Assembly (NCBI GenBank): GCA_036505835.1
Contig: DASXST010000079.1
Coordinates: 2,426 to 66,425, forward strand
Source: Pseudolabrys sp.
GTDB lineage: Bacteria; Pseudomonadota; Alphaproteobacteria; Rhizobiales; Xanthobacteraceae
Length of the DNA stretch: 64,000 bases
Reading direction: 5' to 3'
Below are positions 19,988-30,405 of the stretch, in pieces. The notes beneath the pieces are model-generated. The model was given only the letters and a program-made list of their open reading frames with translations. It was not told where the DNA came from and did no database searches. The position numbers and the translations under genes were made by a program. Numbering within the stretch: the stretch's first letter is position 1; each line of letters opens with the position of its first letter.

Positions 19988-21046
19988 ATGCGTATGTTCC
20001 AGGTCTGCGTTTGCGGCCAGCCCCTGCAGCTCAACGAACAGCCAACGCCGCAGCCGACCGGCAGCGAAGTCTTGTTGAAGGTCCTGGCGGCCGGAGTCTG
20101 CCATAGCGATCTGCATCTGTCGGAAGGTTATTTCGACCTTGGGGGCGGCAAGCGCCTGAGCCTTGCCGACCGGGGCATGAAGCTGCCCGTCACTCTCGGC
20201 CACGAGAATGTCGGCGAAGTGGTCGCGCTTGGTCCGCAGGCCAAGGGAGTCAAGGTCGGTGACCGGGTGCTCGCACATCCATGGATCGGGTGCGGGACCT
20301 GCGATCCCTGCAAGCGGGGCGAGGAAAATCTTTGCCGCGCGATGCGCAGCCTCGGCGTATTTACGAACGGCGGGTACGCGGATTATTTGATGGTTCCGCA
20401 TCCGCGCTACCTGTTCGACATCGGCGATCTTCCGCCGGAACGCGCCGCCCCGCTCGCTTGCTCTGGTGTCACCACCTTTGGCGCGCTGAAAAAAATCGCG
20501 ACCCTGAAAACCGAGCCGACGGTGATCATTGGCGCCGGCGGTCTCGGGCTCATGTGCCTCGCCTTGCACAAGGCAATGGGTGGTCACAGCGCGATCGTCG
20601 TCGATATCGATCCAATCAAGCGCGATGCGGCAAAGAAAGCAGGGGCTGCGGCGGTGGTTGACGGTGGTGCTGCCGACGCCTCGCAGCAAATCATTGATAT
20701 GACCAAAGGCGGTGCCTGGGGCGTGATCGATCTCGTTGGATCGTCGCAGAGCGCGCGAGTTGGCTACGATAGCCTGATCAAGGGCGGCAAATACGTCGTG
20801 GTCGGCCTTTATGGCGGAGATCTGACGGTCTCGCTGCCGCCGATACCCATGCGTGCTCTGACCATCCAGGGATCTTACGTCGGTAGCCTGCCGGAAATGA
20901 AGGAACTGACAGAGCTTGTGCGGCGGACCGGTTTGCCGCCTGTTCCGGTTGCCACGAGGCCGCTCGAAGACGTGAACGCAGTCATGGACCAGTTGCGCGC
21001 CGGCAAAGTAATCGGCCGCGTTGTGTTGACGCCGGCCGCCAATTGA
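19988..21046 (+). CDS. Zinc-dependent alcohol dehydrogenase (MDR family)
   Basis: GVCHSDLH, GHE, structural Zn motif CGTCDPC..EENLC, GAGGLG. Confidence 0.9.
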   Translation: MRMFQVCVCGQPLQLNEQPTPQPTGSEVLLKVLAAGVCHSDLHLSEGYFDLGGGKRLSLADRGMKLPVTLGHENVGEVVALGPQAKGVKVGDRVLAHPWIGCGTCDPCKRGEENLCRAMRSLGVFTNGGYADYLMVPHPRYLFDIGDLPPERAAPLACSGVTTFGALKKIATLKTEPTVIIGAGGLGLMCLALHKAMGGHSAIVVDIDPIKRDAAKKAGAAAVVDGGAADASQQIIDMTKGGAWGVIDLVGSSQSARVGYDSLIKGGKYVVVGLYGGDLTVSLPPIPMRALTIQGSYVGSLPEMKELTELVRRTGLPPVPVATRPLEDVNAVMDQLRAGKVIGRVVLTPAAN

Positions 21047-21076
21047 TGACATTGGCGCGGGGCTTAGGGAACAACC

Positions 21077-21165
21077 GTCATGGCCGGGCATGTCCCGGCC
21101 ATCTCGATTAGAAGGCGATGCCGTACTCGCCTGACCGAGGTCGTCGGGACGAGTCCGGCGACGAC
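21077..21165. repeat. REP-like palindromic dimer, family A variant
   Basis: GTCATGGCCGGGCATGTCCCGGCCATCTCG ... CGAGGTCGTCGGGACGAGTCCGGCGACGAC. Confidence 0.8.
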
Positions 21166-21185
21166 AGCGCCAGTATCAAAACTTG

Positions 21186-21980
21186 ATGTCCCCCGACCTT
21201 TATTTCGCGCTCACGCTCATCGTCAAAATGGCCGTGACCGCCGCGTTTCTGCTCGCGGCCACGATTACCGCCGAGCGCGCCGGGCCGCTGATCGGCGGTC
21301 TGGTTGCGACGCTGCCGATTAGCGCCGGCCCGGTCTACATCTTTCTGGCACTCGACCACGATGCACATTTCATTGCCCAGAGCGCCTTGGGCAGCCTCGT
21401 TACCAATGCCTACAACGTGATTTTCGCCCTGACCTATGCGCTGCTTGCACAAAGGCATTCACTGGCCGTGAGTTTCGGTACGGCGCTCGCGCTTTGGATC
21501 GCGCTCATGTGGATGGGTGCGGCTGTTCCCTGGACAGCTGGTCTGGCCGTTCTATTCAATAGCGTGGTGATCGGTTTCGCTTTGTGGATTTCGGCACCGC
21601 TGCGTCACGCGCCGATGCCGCGAGTGGAAACGCGTTGGTATGACCTCGTGCTGCGTGCCGCGATGGTCGCTCTCCTTGTGGGGGTCGTCGTGGCATTGAG
21701 TTTCCGCATCGGTCCGACTGCCAGCGGCAATCTTGCGGTTTTTCCGATCGTGCTCAGCAGCATGATGATCATTCTGCATCATCGGGTTGGTGGGCCAGCC
21801 ACCGCGGCCGTCATGGCCAATGCCGTGATCGGGCTGGGCGGTTTCGCCGTCGCGGTCCTGGTGCTCAATCTCACGGCCGAACCGCTCGGATCCGCGCTTG
21901 CGCTGGGGTTGGCATTGCTGGTTTCAGTCGGCGCCAACCTGATGATCTATGTGGTGCGGCAACGGCTGGCCGTGAAATGA
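21186..21980 (+). CDS. Uncharacterized polytopic membrane protein with internal duplication
   Basis: About 8 hydrophobic segments; repeated motif ERAGPLIGGLVATLP / FRIGPTASGNLAVFP. Confidence 0.75.
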   Translation: MSPDLYFALTLIVKMAVTAAFLLAATITAERAGPLIGGLVATLPISAGPVYIFLALDHDAHFIAQSALGSLVTNAYNVIFALTYALLAQRHSLAVSFGTALALWIALMWMGAAVPWTAGLAVLFNSVVIGFALWISAPLRHAPMPRVETRWYDLVLRAAMVALLVGVVVALSFRIGPTASGNLAVFPIVLSSMMIILHHRVGGPATAAVMANAVIGLGGFAVAVLVLNLTAEPLGSALALGLALLVSVGANLMIYVVRQRLAVK

Positions 21981-22833
21981 GCGCTCTGGTTGGAAATTCA
22001 TTGTTCTGGTACGGGCTGGCGTTGAAGATCGCGATGACCGCCTCGATCGTCGTGGCGGCATCCGTCGTGGTCGAGCGTAGCGGTCCATTCGTCGGATCGC
22101 TGATTGCCGCGTTGCCGACCGCCGGCGGCGCCGGCATGATCATTCTCGCGCTCGAGCATCCGCCGGAGTTTATCGCTGCCAGTGCGGTTGGCAGCCTGAT
22201 TGCCAATGCCGCCTGCGCCCTGTTCGCGCTCGCATACGCCGCGCTTGCGCAGAAGCATGCGTTGACCTCCAGCCTGAGTGGTGCGTTCCTGGTGTGGCTC
22301 GGAACCGTGTTCTTGCTCCGCCTCGTGGACTGGAGCGCAACGGGCGCAACGATATTGAATGCCGTAATTTATCCGATGGCGATTTTCCGCAGCGCGTCGT
22401 TTTCGAATCGAGGGACCGATCAAGCGCGTTGAGCTCAACGGCGCCGATCTTGCCTGGCATGCTGGCCGGGTGACGTTCTGCGTGATCATCGTGACGACTG
22501 CCAGCAGCTCGATTGGCTCGTATTTCTCCGGCGTGTTCGCGTTCTTTCCGGCAGCGATGGGATCATTCTTCATCGTTCTCCACACGCGCATCGGGGGTCT
22601 CGCGAGCCGCGAGTGTTGCCTCGCACGTGCTCACGCCGCTGATCGGGTTGGGCCTTGGCTTGCTTGCCGTCCATTTCCTGGCCGTGCCACTGGGATCGTG
22701 GTGGTCTTATGCGGTCGGGTTGAGCATTGGCCTCACCTGGAATGCTCTGCTTTGGCTCGTTCGCGATTGGCGGGCCGCCAGGTCCGTTCGTCCCCGGGAG
22801 AGCGGGGACCGGGGACCAATTTCAAAACAATAA
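21977..22833 (+). pseudogene. Paralog of the preceding membrane protein, frameshifted (real or sequencing error)
   Basis: ERSGPFVGSLIAALP...LALEH matches the upstream gene; homology continues in other frames (SIGSYFSGVFAFFP..LHTRIGG; AASVASHVL..GL). Confidence 0.7.
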
Positions 22834-22866
22834 TCGGTGGATTCCTGCTTGCGCGGGAACGAACGG
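22784..22866. repeat. REP-like palindromic dimer, family B
   Basis: CCGTTCGTCCCCGGGAGAGCGGGGAC ... GGATTCCTGCTTGCGCGGGAACGAACGG with terminal inverted repeat CCGTTCG/CGAACGG. Confidence 0.8.
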
Positions 22867-22874
22867 CGAGCGCC

Positions 22875-24632
22875 TCAATGCAGAAGGCCGACCTCACTCG
22901 CCTTGATCTGCAGCGCCAGGTAGCGGGAGAAAATCCGGCATTGCGCCAGGCTGCCTGCGGTGAACCACAGGCCAGGCTGGGCCGTGCGCCGCCACATGTT
23001 GCGCAGCTCACCACCGTCATCGAATCCCCAGACCGGCCCGATCCGGTCAGCGATTTCATCGCCGAGGTAGACGCGGACGGTTTCCTGCTGATTTTTGTAG
23101 CCGGTCGCCAGGACCAGCAGGTCGGCCGGCACGAAACGTCCGTCGCGCAGCCGTGCGCCCTCGGCGACGAACGAATCGATATCTGCATACTGCAGCAAGT
23201 CGATTGCCCCGGAAACGATCAGGTCCGAGCAGCCAACGTTGAAGTAATAACCGCCGCCACGGCGCAGATACATCATCTGGAAGCCAGTCTCGTCCTCGCC
23301 AAAGTGCAGACGGAAGCCGCGCTTGCCGAGTGCCTCGAGAAGCGCCTTGTCAACCTCCCGGCCTCTGGCGGTCGACAGCTGATAAGAGCGCTGCAGCACC
23401 GGATAGGGAAAAGACGTGGCAAGGAGATCGCAGTCGTCGAAGGGGATTCCCTCCGAATAAATCGCGTAGACGCTCTGCGCTTCTTTAAGGCTCACAACGT
23501 AGGTCTTGCTGCGCTGGATCATGGTGACCTGAGCGCCATGGGCTTGCAGCTCCTGCGCCACGTCGTGGCCGCTGGTGCCGGTGCCGAGCACAAGCGCCTT
23601 GCGGCCTTTCCATTTTTCTGCGTGCTTGAAATCGCCGGAGTGAACCTTGGTGCCTTTGAAGGCATCGAGGCCGGGAAGATCCGGCGTGTATGGGATGCTG
23701 CTCACTCCGGTGGCAAATATCAGATGACGCGGGCGCATGACACGCTCGCCGCCATCCTGTTGGCGCAGCGTGACGCGCCATTCCCCGCGCTGCTCGTCGT
23801 AACTTCCCCCAACAAGCTCGGTCCCGGTCCAGAAATTCAGCTCCAGGGCTTCGACGTAGGATTCGAACCAGTTCGCCAATTTGTCTTTCGGGATGTAGAC
23901 AGGGAAGGTCGGTGGAAATGGAAGATAGGGCAGGTGATTGACGTGCACTTCGTTGTGCAGCGTCAATGAATGGTATCGTGTGCGCCAGTTGTCGCCGACC
24001 CGTTCATGACGATCGACGATCAGCGTGTCGATGCCCAATTGATGCAATCGCGCCGCAATCGAGAGGCCGGCCTGTCCGCCGCCGACAACAATGACCGCGG
24101 GATCACGATTTGTGTAGGTGCGCGCCTTTGCCAGGCGGTCGCTCCAGTTCTCGGCGCCGAAGTCGCGGGTCGAGTCGGGCTCCGGCCGGCGTCTGAATTC
24201 CTCTTCATGGCCGCGAAGCTCGTGGAGATTCGTGTTCAGCGTCCAGGCACGCAGCACGCTGTGCGTGTCGGGGACGAGCCGCAGCGCGCCATTGGCGGGT
24301 CCCCACATTGTTTCGAACTCGAACAATGTTTCGATAGCTTCGGTGCCCGCGCGCGTCACCCAACGCGGCGGCGTTCGACGCGACGGAATGTGAAAATTTT
24401 TCGGCTGAGTACGCGCAACTGTCTTCCGCAGCATTTCTTCGATTGCCGCCCGTCCAGACATCGTCTGGATATTCCAGGTGAATGCCAGCACATCGCGCCA
24501 GAGCCCGTCGGGCAGAAACAGTTCGGCGGCCGCGCTTATGTCCTCGCGGCGCAGCGCCGTTTCGGCGCTCTCAAGCCAGCGGGCTGCTTCTGCCGCTGCA
24601 GTCGTCTGCTTCCTTTCGGCGACGTTCATCAT
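22875..24632 (-). CDS. Flavin-containing monooxygenase (type II FMO-like, with N-terminal extension domain)
   Basis: GGGQAG FAD motif, WRTRYHSLTLH, FxGxxxHSxxF fingerprint (FKGTKVHSGDF), GTGTSG NADPH motif, LATGY. Confidence 0.87.
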   Translation of the reverse strand: MMNVAERKQTTAAAEAARWLESAETALRREDISAAAELFLPDGLWRDVLAFTWNIQTMSGRAAIEEMLRKTVARTQPKNFHIPSRRTPPRWVTRAGTEAIETLFEFETMWGPANGALRLVPDTHSVLRAWTLNTNLHELRGHEEEFRRRPEPDSTRDFGAENWSDRLAKARTYTNRDPAVIVVGGGQAGLSIAARLHQLGIDTLIVDRHERVGDNWRTRYHSLTLHNEVHVNHLPYLPFPPTFPVYIPKDKLANWFESYVEALELNFWTGTELVGGSYDEQRGEWRVTLRQQDGGERVMRPRHLIFATGVSSIPYTPDLPGLDAFKGTKVHSGDFKHAEKWKGRKALVLGTGTSGHDVAQELQAHGAQVTMIQRSKTYVVSLKEAQSVYAIYSEGIPFDDCDLLATSFPYPVLQRSYQLSTARGREVDKALLEALGKRGFRLHFGEDETGFQMMYLRRGGGYYFNVGCSDLIVSGAIDLLQYADIDSFVAEGARLRDGRFVPADLLVLATGYKNQQETVRVYLGDEIADRIGPVWGFDDGGELRNMWRRTAQPGLWFTAGSLAQCRIFSRYLALQIKASEVGLLH

Positions 24633-24648
24633 TCCTGAGAAGCTCGCT

Positions 24649-24737
24649 GTCATGCCCGCGCCTGTCGCGGGCATCCATTTTTTCATGGCCCAGTGAATGT
24701 TAAAGACGTGGATGGCCGGGACAAGCCCGGCCATGAC
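24649..24737. repeat. REP-like palindromic dimer, family A
   Basis: GTCATGCCCGCGCCTGTCGCGGGCATCCA ... GACGTGGATGGCCGGGACAAGCCCGGCCATGAC. Confidence 0.88.
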
Positions 24738-24753
24738 GACGGTTGAGAGGCCT

Positions 24754-27483
24754 CTATTCTTTGGCCCTTTTCGTGGCCTGTTCCTTCAGCCGGTACAGGG
24801 CCTCCAATGCCTCGCGTGGCGACAGGTCGTCGGGATTGATCGCGGCGAGAGCGTCAATCACCGGTTCCTCGACCGGCTGCCGCGCATTCTGAGGCAATTT
24901 CGAGGGCACCGCGAACAGCGGCAAATCTTCAAACCCCTTGGGCGCCGAGCGGTCTTCCTGTTCGAGCTTGGCTAAAACCACCTTGGCGCGCTCGACCACG
25001 CTTGCCGGCAAGCCCGCAAGCTTCGCGACCTGGATGCCATATGAACGATCGGCCGCGCCGGCAACGACCTCGTGCAGGAACACGACTTCACCGTGCCATT
25101 CCTTCACCCTCACCGTCGCGTTGTGAAGCCGGTCGAGCCGCCCGGCGAGCGCGGTCAGCTCGTGAAAATGCGTGGCAAACAATGCACGGCACTTGTTGAC
25201 GTCGTGCAGATGCTCGACCGTTGCCCAGGCAATCGACAGTCCGTCGAAGGTGGCGGTGCCGCGTCCTATTTCGTCGAGGATAACCAGCGCGCGCTCGCCA
25301 GCCTGGTTGAGGATGGCGGCCGTTTCCACCATCTCGACCATGAAGGTCGAGCGGCCGCGCGCGAGATCGTCTGCGGCGCCGACGCGCGAGAACAGCCGGT
25401 CGACGATTCCAATGTGCGCGTGCTTTGCCGGAACGAAGCTGCCAATTTGCGCAAGAACCGCAATCAGCGCGTTCTGTCGCAGGAACGTGGATTTTCCCGC
25501 CATGTTGGGGCCGGTGATCAGCCAGATGCGGCCGGCGTCCGTTCCTTCTGGCGGCGACAGATCGGAATCGTTTGCAACAAAGGAACTGCCATCCCGCCAC
25601 AAAGCCTGCTCGACAACGGGATGACGGCCACCTGCGACCACGAAGGCGTGGCTGTCGTCGATCTGCGGCCTTGCATAATCCCGTTCGACGGCGAGATGCG
25701 CGAGCGCGCCGGCCACATCGAGGCTCGCAAGCGCCTCCGCGCATGTCTTGATATTGGCGCTCTCCGCCATCACGCTGGCTGTCAGGCGCTCGAATGCTTC
25801 GAGCTCAAGGCCAAGCGCGCGCTCGGCGGCGCTGGCAATTTTTGCCTCCAGCTCACCGAGCTCGGTCGTGGTGAACCGCACCTGACCAGCAAGCGTCTGG
25901 CGGTGGATAAAGGTAGCGTTGAGCGGCGCCGCCATCAGTTTTTCGCCATGCTGGGCGGTCACCTCGACGAAATAGCCGAGCACGTTATTGTGCTTGATCT
26001 TGAGGATCCGGATGCCGGTTTCCTCGGCATAGCGCGCCTGCAATGCCGCGATGACGCGACGTGACTCGTCGCGCAGCGCGCGGGTCTCATCGAGAATCTT
26101 ATCGTAGCCGTCGCGCACGAACCCGCCGTCACGCTTGTAGGCCGGCAATTCGGCAGCAAGGGCGGCGGACAACTCGGCGGCCAGCATTCCGTCGGGCTTG
26201 CGGCACGCCTGGATCGCCTCTGCGACTTGATCCGGAGTTTCTTTCAGCGAGCCAAGCGCGCGCGCAAGATCGGCAGCGGCCAGCATGCCGTCGCGGATCG
26301 CGGCAAGATCGCGCGGGCCGCCGCGTCCAACGGCCAGGCGGGACAACGAACGGGCGAGATCGGGCGCAGCCTGCAGGCGCGAGCGGGTTTCTGCACGGGC
26401 TGCCGCATCGCCGACAAAGCCAGCCACCGCGTCCAGTCTTTTGGCGATCAGCGCCGCATCGGTCAGGGGCGCTGACACGCGCTGCGCCAGCAACCGTGAA
26501 CCTGCCGCGGTCACCGTGCGATCGATCGCTTCGAGCAGCGACCCGCGTCGCTCGCCCGCAAGCGTGCGCATCAATTCGAGATTGGCGCGCGTGGCCTGGT
26601 CGATTGCCATTGCAGCGCCGGCATGTTCGCGCACAGGCGGCGACAGCGGCGGGCGCTTGCCGAGCTGCGTACGCTCGATGTAGGTGACGCATGCGGCAGC
26701 GGCCGTAAGCTCCAGCCGGCTCAGTGCTCCGAACGCTTCGCTGGTCGCCACCGCAAAGAACGAAGTGAGCCGGCGTTCAGCGGTTGCGCCGTCAAAGACA
26801 TCCCGCGGCAGAGGTGTCACGGCCGGCAGCGAGCGCCAATAGGCAGCAAGGTCGGCTTCGCTGAAGAGCGCGTCGGAAACGAGAATCTCGCCTGGTTCAA
26901 GCCGCGCAATCTCGGTGGAAAGCGCCGCGCGATCGCATTCGGTAATGCGGAATTCGCCCGTGGAAATATCGATCCAGGCGAGCGCGAACCATGCCTCCTC
27001 GCCGGCCGACGACAGGCGCGCGCGGGCAACCGCCAGAAGATAATTATTGCGCCTCGCATCCAGCAGCGTGTCTTCAGTGAGCGTGCCCGGCGTCACCAGC
27101 CGCACGACGTCGCGGCGTACTACGCTCTTGTATCCACGCTTGCGGGCTTCGGCCGGGTCCTCCAGCTGCTCGCACACGGCCACGCGGTATCCCTGCTCGA
27201 TAAGCCGATGCAGATATTCGTCGGCGCGCAGAACCGGAACGCCGCAGAGCGGCACGTCCTTACCGAGATATTTGCCGCGCTTGGTGAGCGCGATGCCAAG
27301 CGCGCGCGAGGCGACCTCGGCGTCCTCGAAAAACATCTCGTAGAAATCGCCCATCCGGTAGAACAACAGGCAATCCGGATTGGCAACTTTTATTTCGACG
27401 TACTGCGCCATCGCCGGCGTCACGCGGCCTTCGTCAGCCGGCGGATCCGGTTCGGGCAAGCCAATCGACTGTGTCTGCGCCAT
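24754..27483 (-). CDS. mutS: DNA mismatch repair protein MutS
   Basis: [18 protein letters not shown] mismatch motif, [31 protein letters not shown]. Confidence 0.97.
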   Translation of the reverse strand: MAQTQSIGLPEPDPPADEGRVTPAMAQYVEIKVANPDCLLFYRMGDFYEMFFEDAEVASRALGIALTKRGKYLGKDVPLCGVPVLRADEYLHRLIEQGYRVAVCEQLEDPAEARKRGYKSVVRRDVVRLVTPGTLTEDTLLDARRNNYLLAVARARLSSAGEEAWFALAWIDISTGEFRITECDRAALSTEIARLEPGEILVSDALFSEADLAAYWRSLPAVTPLPRDVFDGATAERRLTSFFAVATSEAFGALSRLELTAAAACVTYIERTQLGKRPPLSPPVREHAGAAMAIDQATRANLELMRTLAGERRGSLLEAIDRTVTAAGSRLLAQRVSAPLTDAALIAKRLDAVAGFVGDAAARAETRSRLQAAPDLARSLSRLAVGRGGPRDLAAIRDGMLAAADLARALGSLKETPDQVAEAIQACRKPDGMLAAELSAALAAELPAYKRDGGFVRDGYDKILDETRALRDESRRVIAALQARYAEETGIRILKIKHNNVLGYFVEVTAQHGEKLMAAPLNATFIHRQTLAGQVRFTTTELGELEAKIASAAERALGLELEAFERLTASVMAESANIKTCAEALASLDVAGALAHLAVERDYARPQIDDSHAFVVAGGRHPVVEQALWRDGSSFVANDSDLSPPEGTDAGRIWLITGPNMAGKSTFLRQNALIAVLAQIGSFVPAKHAHIGIVDRLFSRVGAADDLARGRSTFMVEMVETAAILNQAGERALVILDEIGRGTATFDGLSIAWATVEHLHDVNKCRALFATHFHELTALAGRLDRLHNATVRVKEWHGEVVFLHEVVAGAADRSYGIQVAKLAGLPASVVERAKVVLAKLEQEDRSAPKGFEDLPLFAVPSKLPQNARQPVEEPVIDALAAINPDDLSPREALEALYRLKEQATKRAKE

Positions 27484-27543
27484 GGGCGCGGAGGTTAGCA
27501 GATGGGCGTCCCGCTTCTACCGACGGACACGCTCGATGGATGC

Positions 27544-27641
27544 GTCATGCCCGGCTTTATGCCGGGCATCCACGACTTTCTTTGCATAGCGAGCTGAATG
27601 TCAGAGAAGACGTGGATGGCCGGGACAAGCCCGGCCATGAC
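27544..27641. repeat. REP-like palindromic dimer, family A
   Basis: GTCATGCCCGGCTTTATGCCGGGCATCCACGAC ... GACGTGGATGGCCGGGACAAGCCCGGCCATGAC. Confidence 0.9.
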
Positions 27642-28657
27642 TAGACTTTGAACGTCACGCCCGTGATCGCCTCGAGGTTGCCGTGCCAGATCTTTTCCTT
27701 ATCCGCTTTCGGCATGTCGATGCCTTCAAGGATGCGCATCGTTTCGCGCGTGTACATCGTGCCCTTCTCGGGATCGAACGGGCAGTCCGACGCGAATACA
27801 ATCTTGTCGAGGTCGTAGAACGCCAGCCCCGCATGGGTCGCCGGCACGCCGCCGAACACGGCGGTGTCGGCATAGAACGAGTGCTTGAAATAATCGAGCG
27901 GACGCTTTTTGAGCTGCTTCAGGATGACGCTGAGGTCTTCGTCGGAGGTGCGAGCGCCGAGCTGATCCCAGCCTGGGCCAATGCGGCCCTCCAGCATGGG
28001 CACGATGCCGCCGAAATGGTGCGTAATGATTTTCAGGTTCGGGTATTTGTCCATGACCTTCGAGAATACCAGCCGCGCCATGGCAGCCGCAGTCTCGTAG
28101 GACCATCCGAACGTCCACCAGATCTCATATTTCGATTTCTTCTCGGTCAGATAGTCAGGAAAATTGGCGGCTCTCGCGGGGTGCATCCAGATCGGCTTGT
28201 TGAGCCTGTTCATGGCGGCGAAGAACGGCTCGAATGCCGGGTCGTCGAGAGGCTTGCCGGAGATGTTGGTATAGATCTGCACACCCAGCGCGCCGTTTTT
28301 CAGCGCGCGCTCCGCTTCACGCACGCCGCCATCGGGCGCGATCAGTGCGGCTTGCGCGACCCAGCCGGGGAACTGATCGGGAAATTTTGCGCATATGTCG
28401 GCCAAGCCATCGTTGACAAGCTTCGTGTACTCTTCGGTCAGCTTGCCGTCGCCCTTGGCTATGACTTCGAGCGGCGGCATCGGATAGGACAGGATCTGTG
28501 CATAGTCCTTGAATCCCCCGACGATCTTGCGCCGTACTTCAAGGTCGTGAATGCAGGGAATTTCACGAACACGCTTGCCGATGTCGGCATGACCGCCTTC
28601 GACGATCTTGTTGAAAAAATTTTCGGGGATGAAATGGGTATAGGCATCGATGCGCAT
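27641..28657 (-). CDS. Amidohydrolase_2 family protein (ACMSD/LigW-like decarboxylase or hydratase)
   Basis: IDAYTH (Tyr in place of the first His), PIWMHP, THHFGG, FASDCPF; RBS GGAG. Confidence 0.8.
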   Translation of the reverse strand: MRIDAYTHFIPENFFNKIVEGGHADIGKRVREIPCIHDLEVRRKIVGGFKDYAQILSYPMPPLEVIAKGDGKLTEEYTKLVNDGLADICAKFPDQFPGWVAQAALIAPDGGVREAERALKNGALGVQIYTNISGKPLDDPAFEPFFAAMNRLNKPIWMHPARAANFPDYLTEKKSKYEIWWTFGWSYETAAAMARLVFSKVMDKYPNLKIITHHFGGIVPMLEGRIGPGWDQLGARTSDEDLSVILKQLKKRPLDYFKHSFYADTAVFGGVPATHAGLAFYDLDKIVFASDCPFDPEKGTMYTRETMRILEGIDMPKADKEKIWHGNLEAITGVTFKV

Positions 28658-28701
28658 CAAGTTCTCCGTGACTCTTCGATTGGTCCTGGCGGGTTACCGG
28701 T

Positions 28702-30405
28702 TCAATAAGGCGTAATCACGTTGAGCATGGCCTGCTTGCGTTCGTTAACGACGGCGGCGCGAGCGCGTGCCAGTGCGTCGGGAAGATCGGCGGGCTTGTC
28801 GACACGCTCCGCGTGGGCTCCCTGCGCCCGCGCCATTTCTTCAAACGGGGGCGATGGATCGAGATCGGCCAGCGTGCGGCCGTCATTTTCGCCGGCCGCG
28901 CCGTCCTTGAACATTGAAAGTGTGGCACGTCGGACGGCGCCATATCGGCTGTTGTTGAATACGACGGTGAGAATCGGAAGATTGTGAACGGCCGAAACCC
29001 AGTGACCGACCATAGGATTGGCGAACATGTAAGAACCGTCGCCGAGCGTGGCGACGACGAACTCGTCGGGCGCCGCGAGCTTGGCGCCAAGCGCCGCCCC
29101 GAGGCCCCAACCGAGCCCACCGGCCGGGCCGAGCGCAAAGAAAGTGCCGGGCTTCTCGCGCGGACAGTGATCCGGCCGTAGGGGATATTCGTTGATGATG
29201 ATGGCATCCTTGCCAAGCGCTTCGCCGATCGCGCGCGAAAGATATTCCGGCGAAATCGTCGAGCCTGGCGCGGAGTCTTTCGCGAGTTGCGCCCGCCGCG
29301 TGCGCATACGCTCGGTCAGCCGAGCCCTGCGGGCCGCAATTCGGGCGTCCGCCATCTGCAGGCGCGGCTCAACCGCACGGATCAAAGCATCCAGCGCCTG
29401 TGCGCTGCTGGCTTGAATGGCAAGGTCGCTTGGAAAGCTGCGCATCGGGTATCGCACGTAAAATGGATCCTCGCCCACGTGGGCAACGCGGCAACCGCCA
29501 GGTGGATGCTGCAGATGCGGTATCCACGGCACATCCGATTCGATCACGATCACGAGGTCGGCATCGGCAAGCAGCGTGCCTGGCTCAAAGCCGAAATGCA
29601 TCGTATGGCTTGAAGGCAGGCACACGGTGCGCGGGTTGTGGGTCACGACCGGAATGGCGCAGCGTTCCGCGAGACGCTCGAGGGGCGGGACTGCTTCGGC
29701 CGGCAAGGTGGCCGTGATAATCAGCGGTCGTTCGGCAGATGCAATCCATTCGGCAAGGGTCCCGATCGTACGCGGATCGGAATGTAGAGGACCTGCCTGC
29801 GGCCGTGGCTTTACCGGGCCCGTTGGCTCGGGCAGGGGAGCAGCGAGCGGTTCGCGCGGCAATACGAGATAAACCGGCCCACGCGGATGCGCCATCGCCA
29901 CTTCAACCCCGCGTGCGACCACGTCGCCGATCTGTCCTGGTACGCGCAACTCGTAATCCCATTTCACCAGTTCGCGCACCATCCCGGCCTGGTCAAACAT
30001 TTCCTGTGCCCAATGGATCGGGCGGGTTCGCGAGCCGAATGCGCCCTTTTCGGTGATCGGGGTCCGGCCTGCGGCGAGAATGAGGGGCACCCGGTCGCGC
30101 GAAAGGTTTGTGAGATTATTTATCGTATTAGCGGTACCGACATTGACATGCACCATCACCGCTTGTGGACGCCCGTTCATCAGATAAGCGCCATGCGCCA
30201 TGGCAACCGCGAGGTTTTCGTGCGGCACCAGAATAGGCTTGGGCACCTTCGCGTTGGTCTTCTTGGCGCGAGTGAAGGCTTCCACGATCGGCGGGAAATC
30301 AGTGCCGGGATTGGCGAAAAAATAATCGGTGCCGTGGTCGGCAAGGGCACGCAGAAATGCCTCGGCGGCGATTGTTGGCCGCTGGCCGGTCGGTGTCGCC
30401 GCCAT
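28702..30405 (-). CDS. Thiamine pyrophosphate-dependent enzyme (benzoylformate decarboxylase/AHAS superfamily)
   Basis: FANPGTDF, catalytic Glu in PHENLAVAMAHG, TPP motif GDGSY...FNN. Confidence 0.85.
   Translation of the reverse strand: MAATPTGQRPTIAAEAFLRALADHGTDYFFANPGTDFPPIVEAFTRAKKTNAKVPKPILVPHENLAVAMAHGAYLMNGRPQAVMVHVNVGTANTINNLTNLSRDRVPLILAAGRTPITEKGAFGSRTRPIHWAQEMFDQAGMVRELVKWDYELRVPGQIGDVVARGVEVAMAHPRGPVYLVLPREPLAAPLPEPTGPVKPRPQAGPLHSDPRTIGTLAEWIASAERPLIITATLPAEAVPPLERLAERCAIPVVTHNPRTVCLPSSHTMHFGFEPGTLLADADLVIVIESDVPWIPHLQHPPGGCRVAHVGEDPFYVRYPMRSFPSDLAIQASSAQALDALIRAVEPRLQMADARIAARRARLTERMRTRRAQLAKDSAPGSTISPEYLSRAIGEALGKDAIIINEYPLRPDHCPREKPGTFFALGPAGGLGWGLGAALGAKLAAPDEFVVATLGDGSYMFANPMVGHWVSAVHNLPILTVVFNNSRYGAVRRATLSMFKDGAAGENDGRTLADLDPSPPFEEMARAQGAHAERVDKPADLPDALARARAAVVNERKQAMLNVITPY

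Noticed and set aside
22470-23969. 499-aa plus-strand ORF, and other long overlapping ORFs (11390-12469, 19904-21091, 25072-26064, 52981-54165)
   Set aside because: Antisense shadows of well-supported genes, common in GC-rich DNA; only the first ~45 codons of 22470 belong to the frameshifted membrane gene
24633-24734. N-terminal extension MAGLVPAIHVF... of the FMO ORF (similarly 38333-38449 for the thioesterase)
   Set aside because: Translation of the palindromic repeat; downstream starts fit the family lengths better
21077-27641. CRISPR array or IS ends suggested by the recurring ~35-bp repeats
   Set aside because: Copies are dispersed inverted dimers, not regularly spaced direct repeats; no cas or transposase gene in the window
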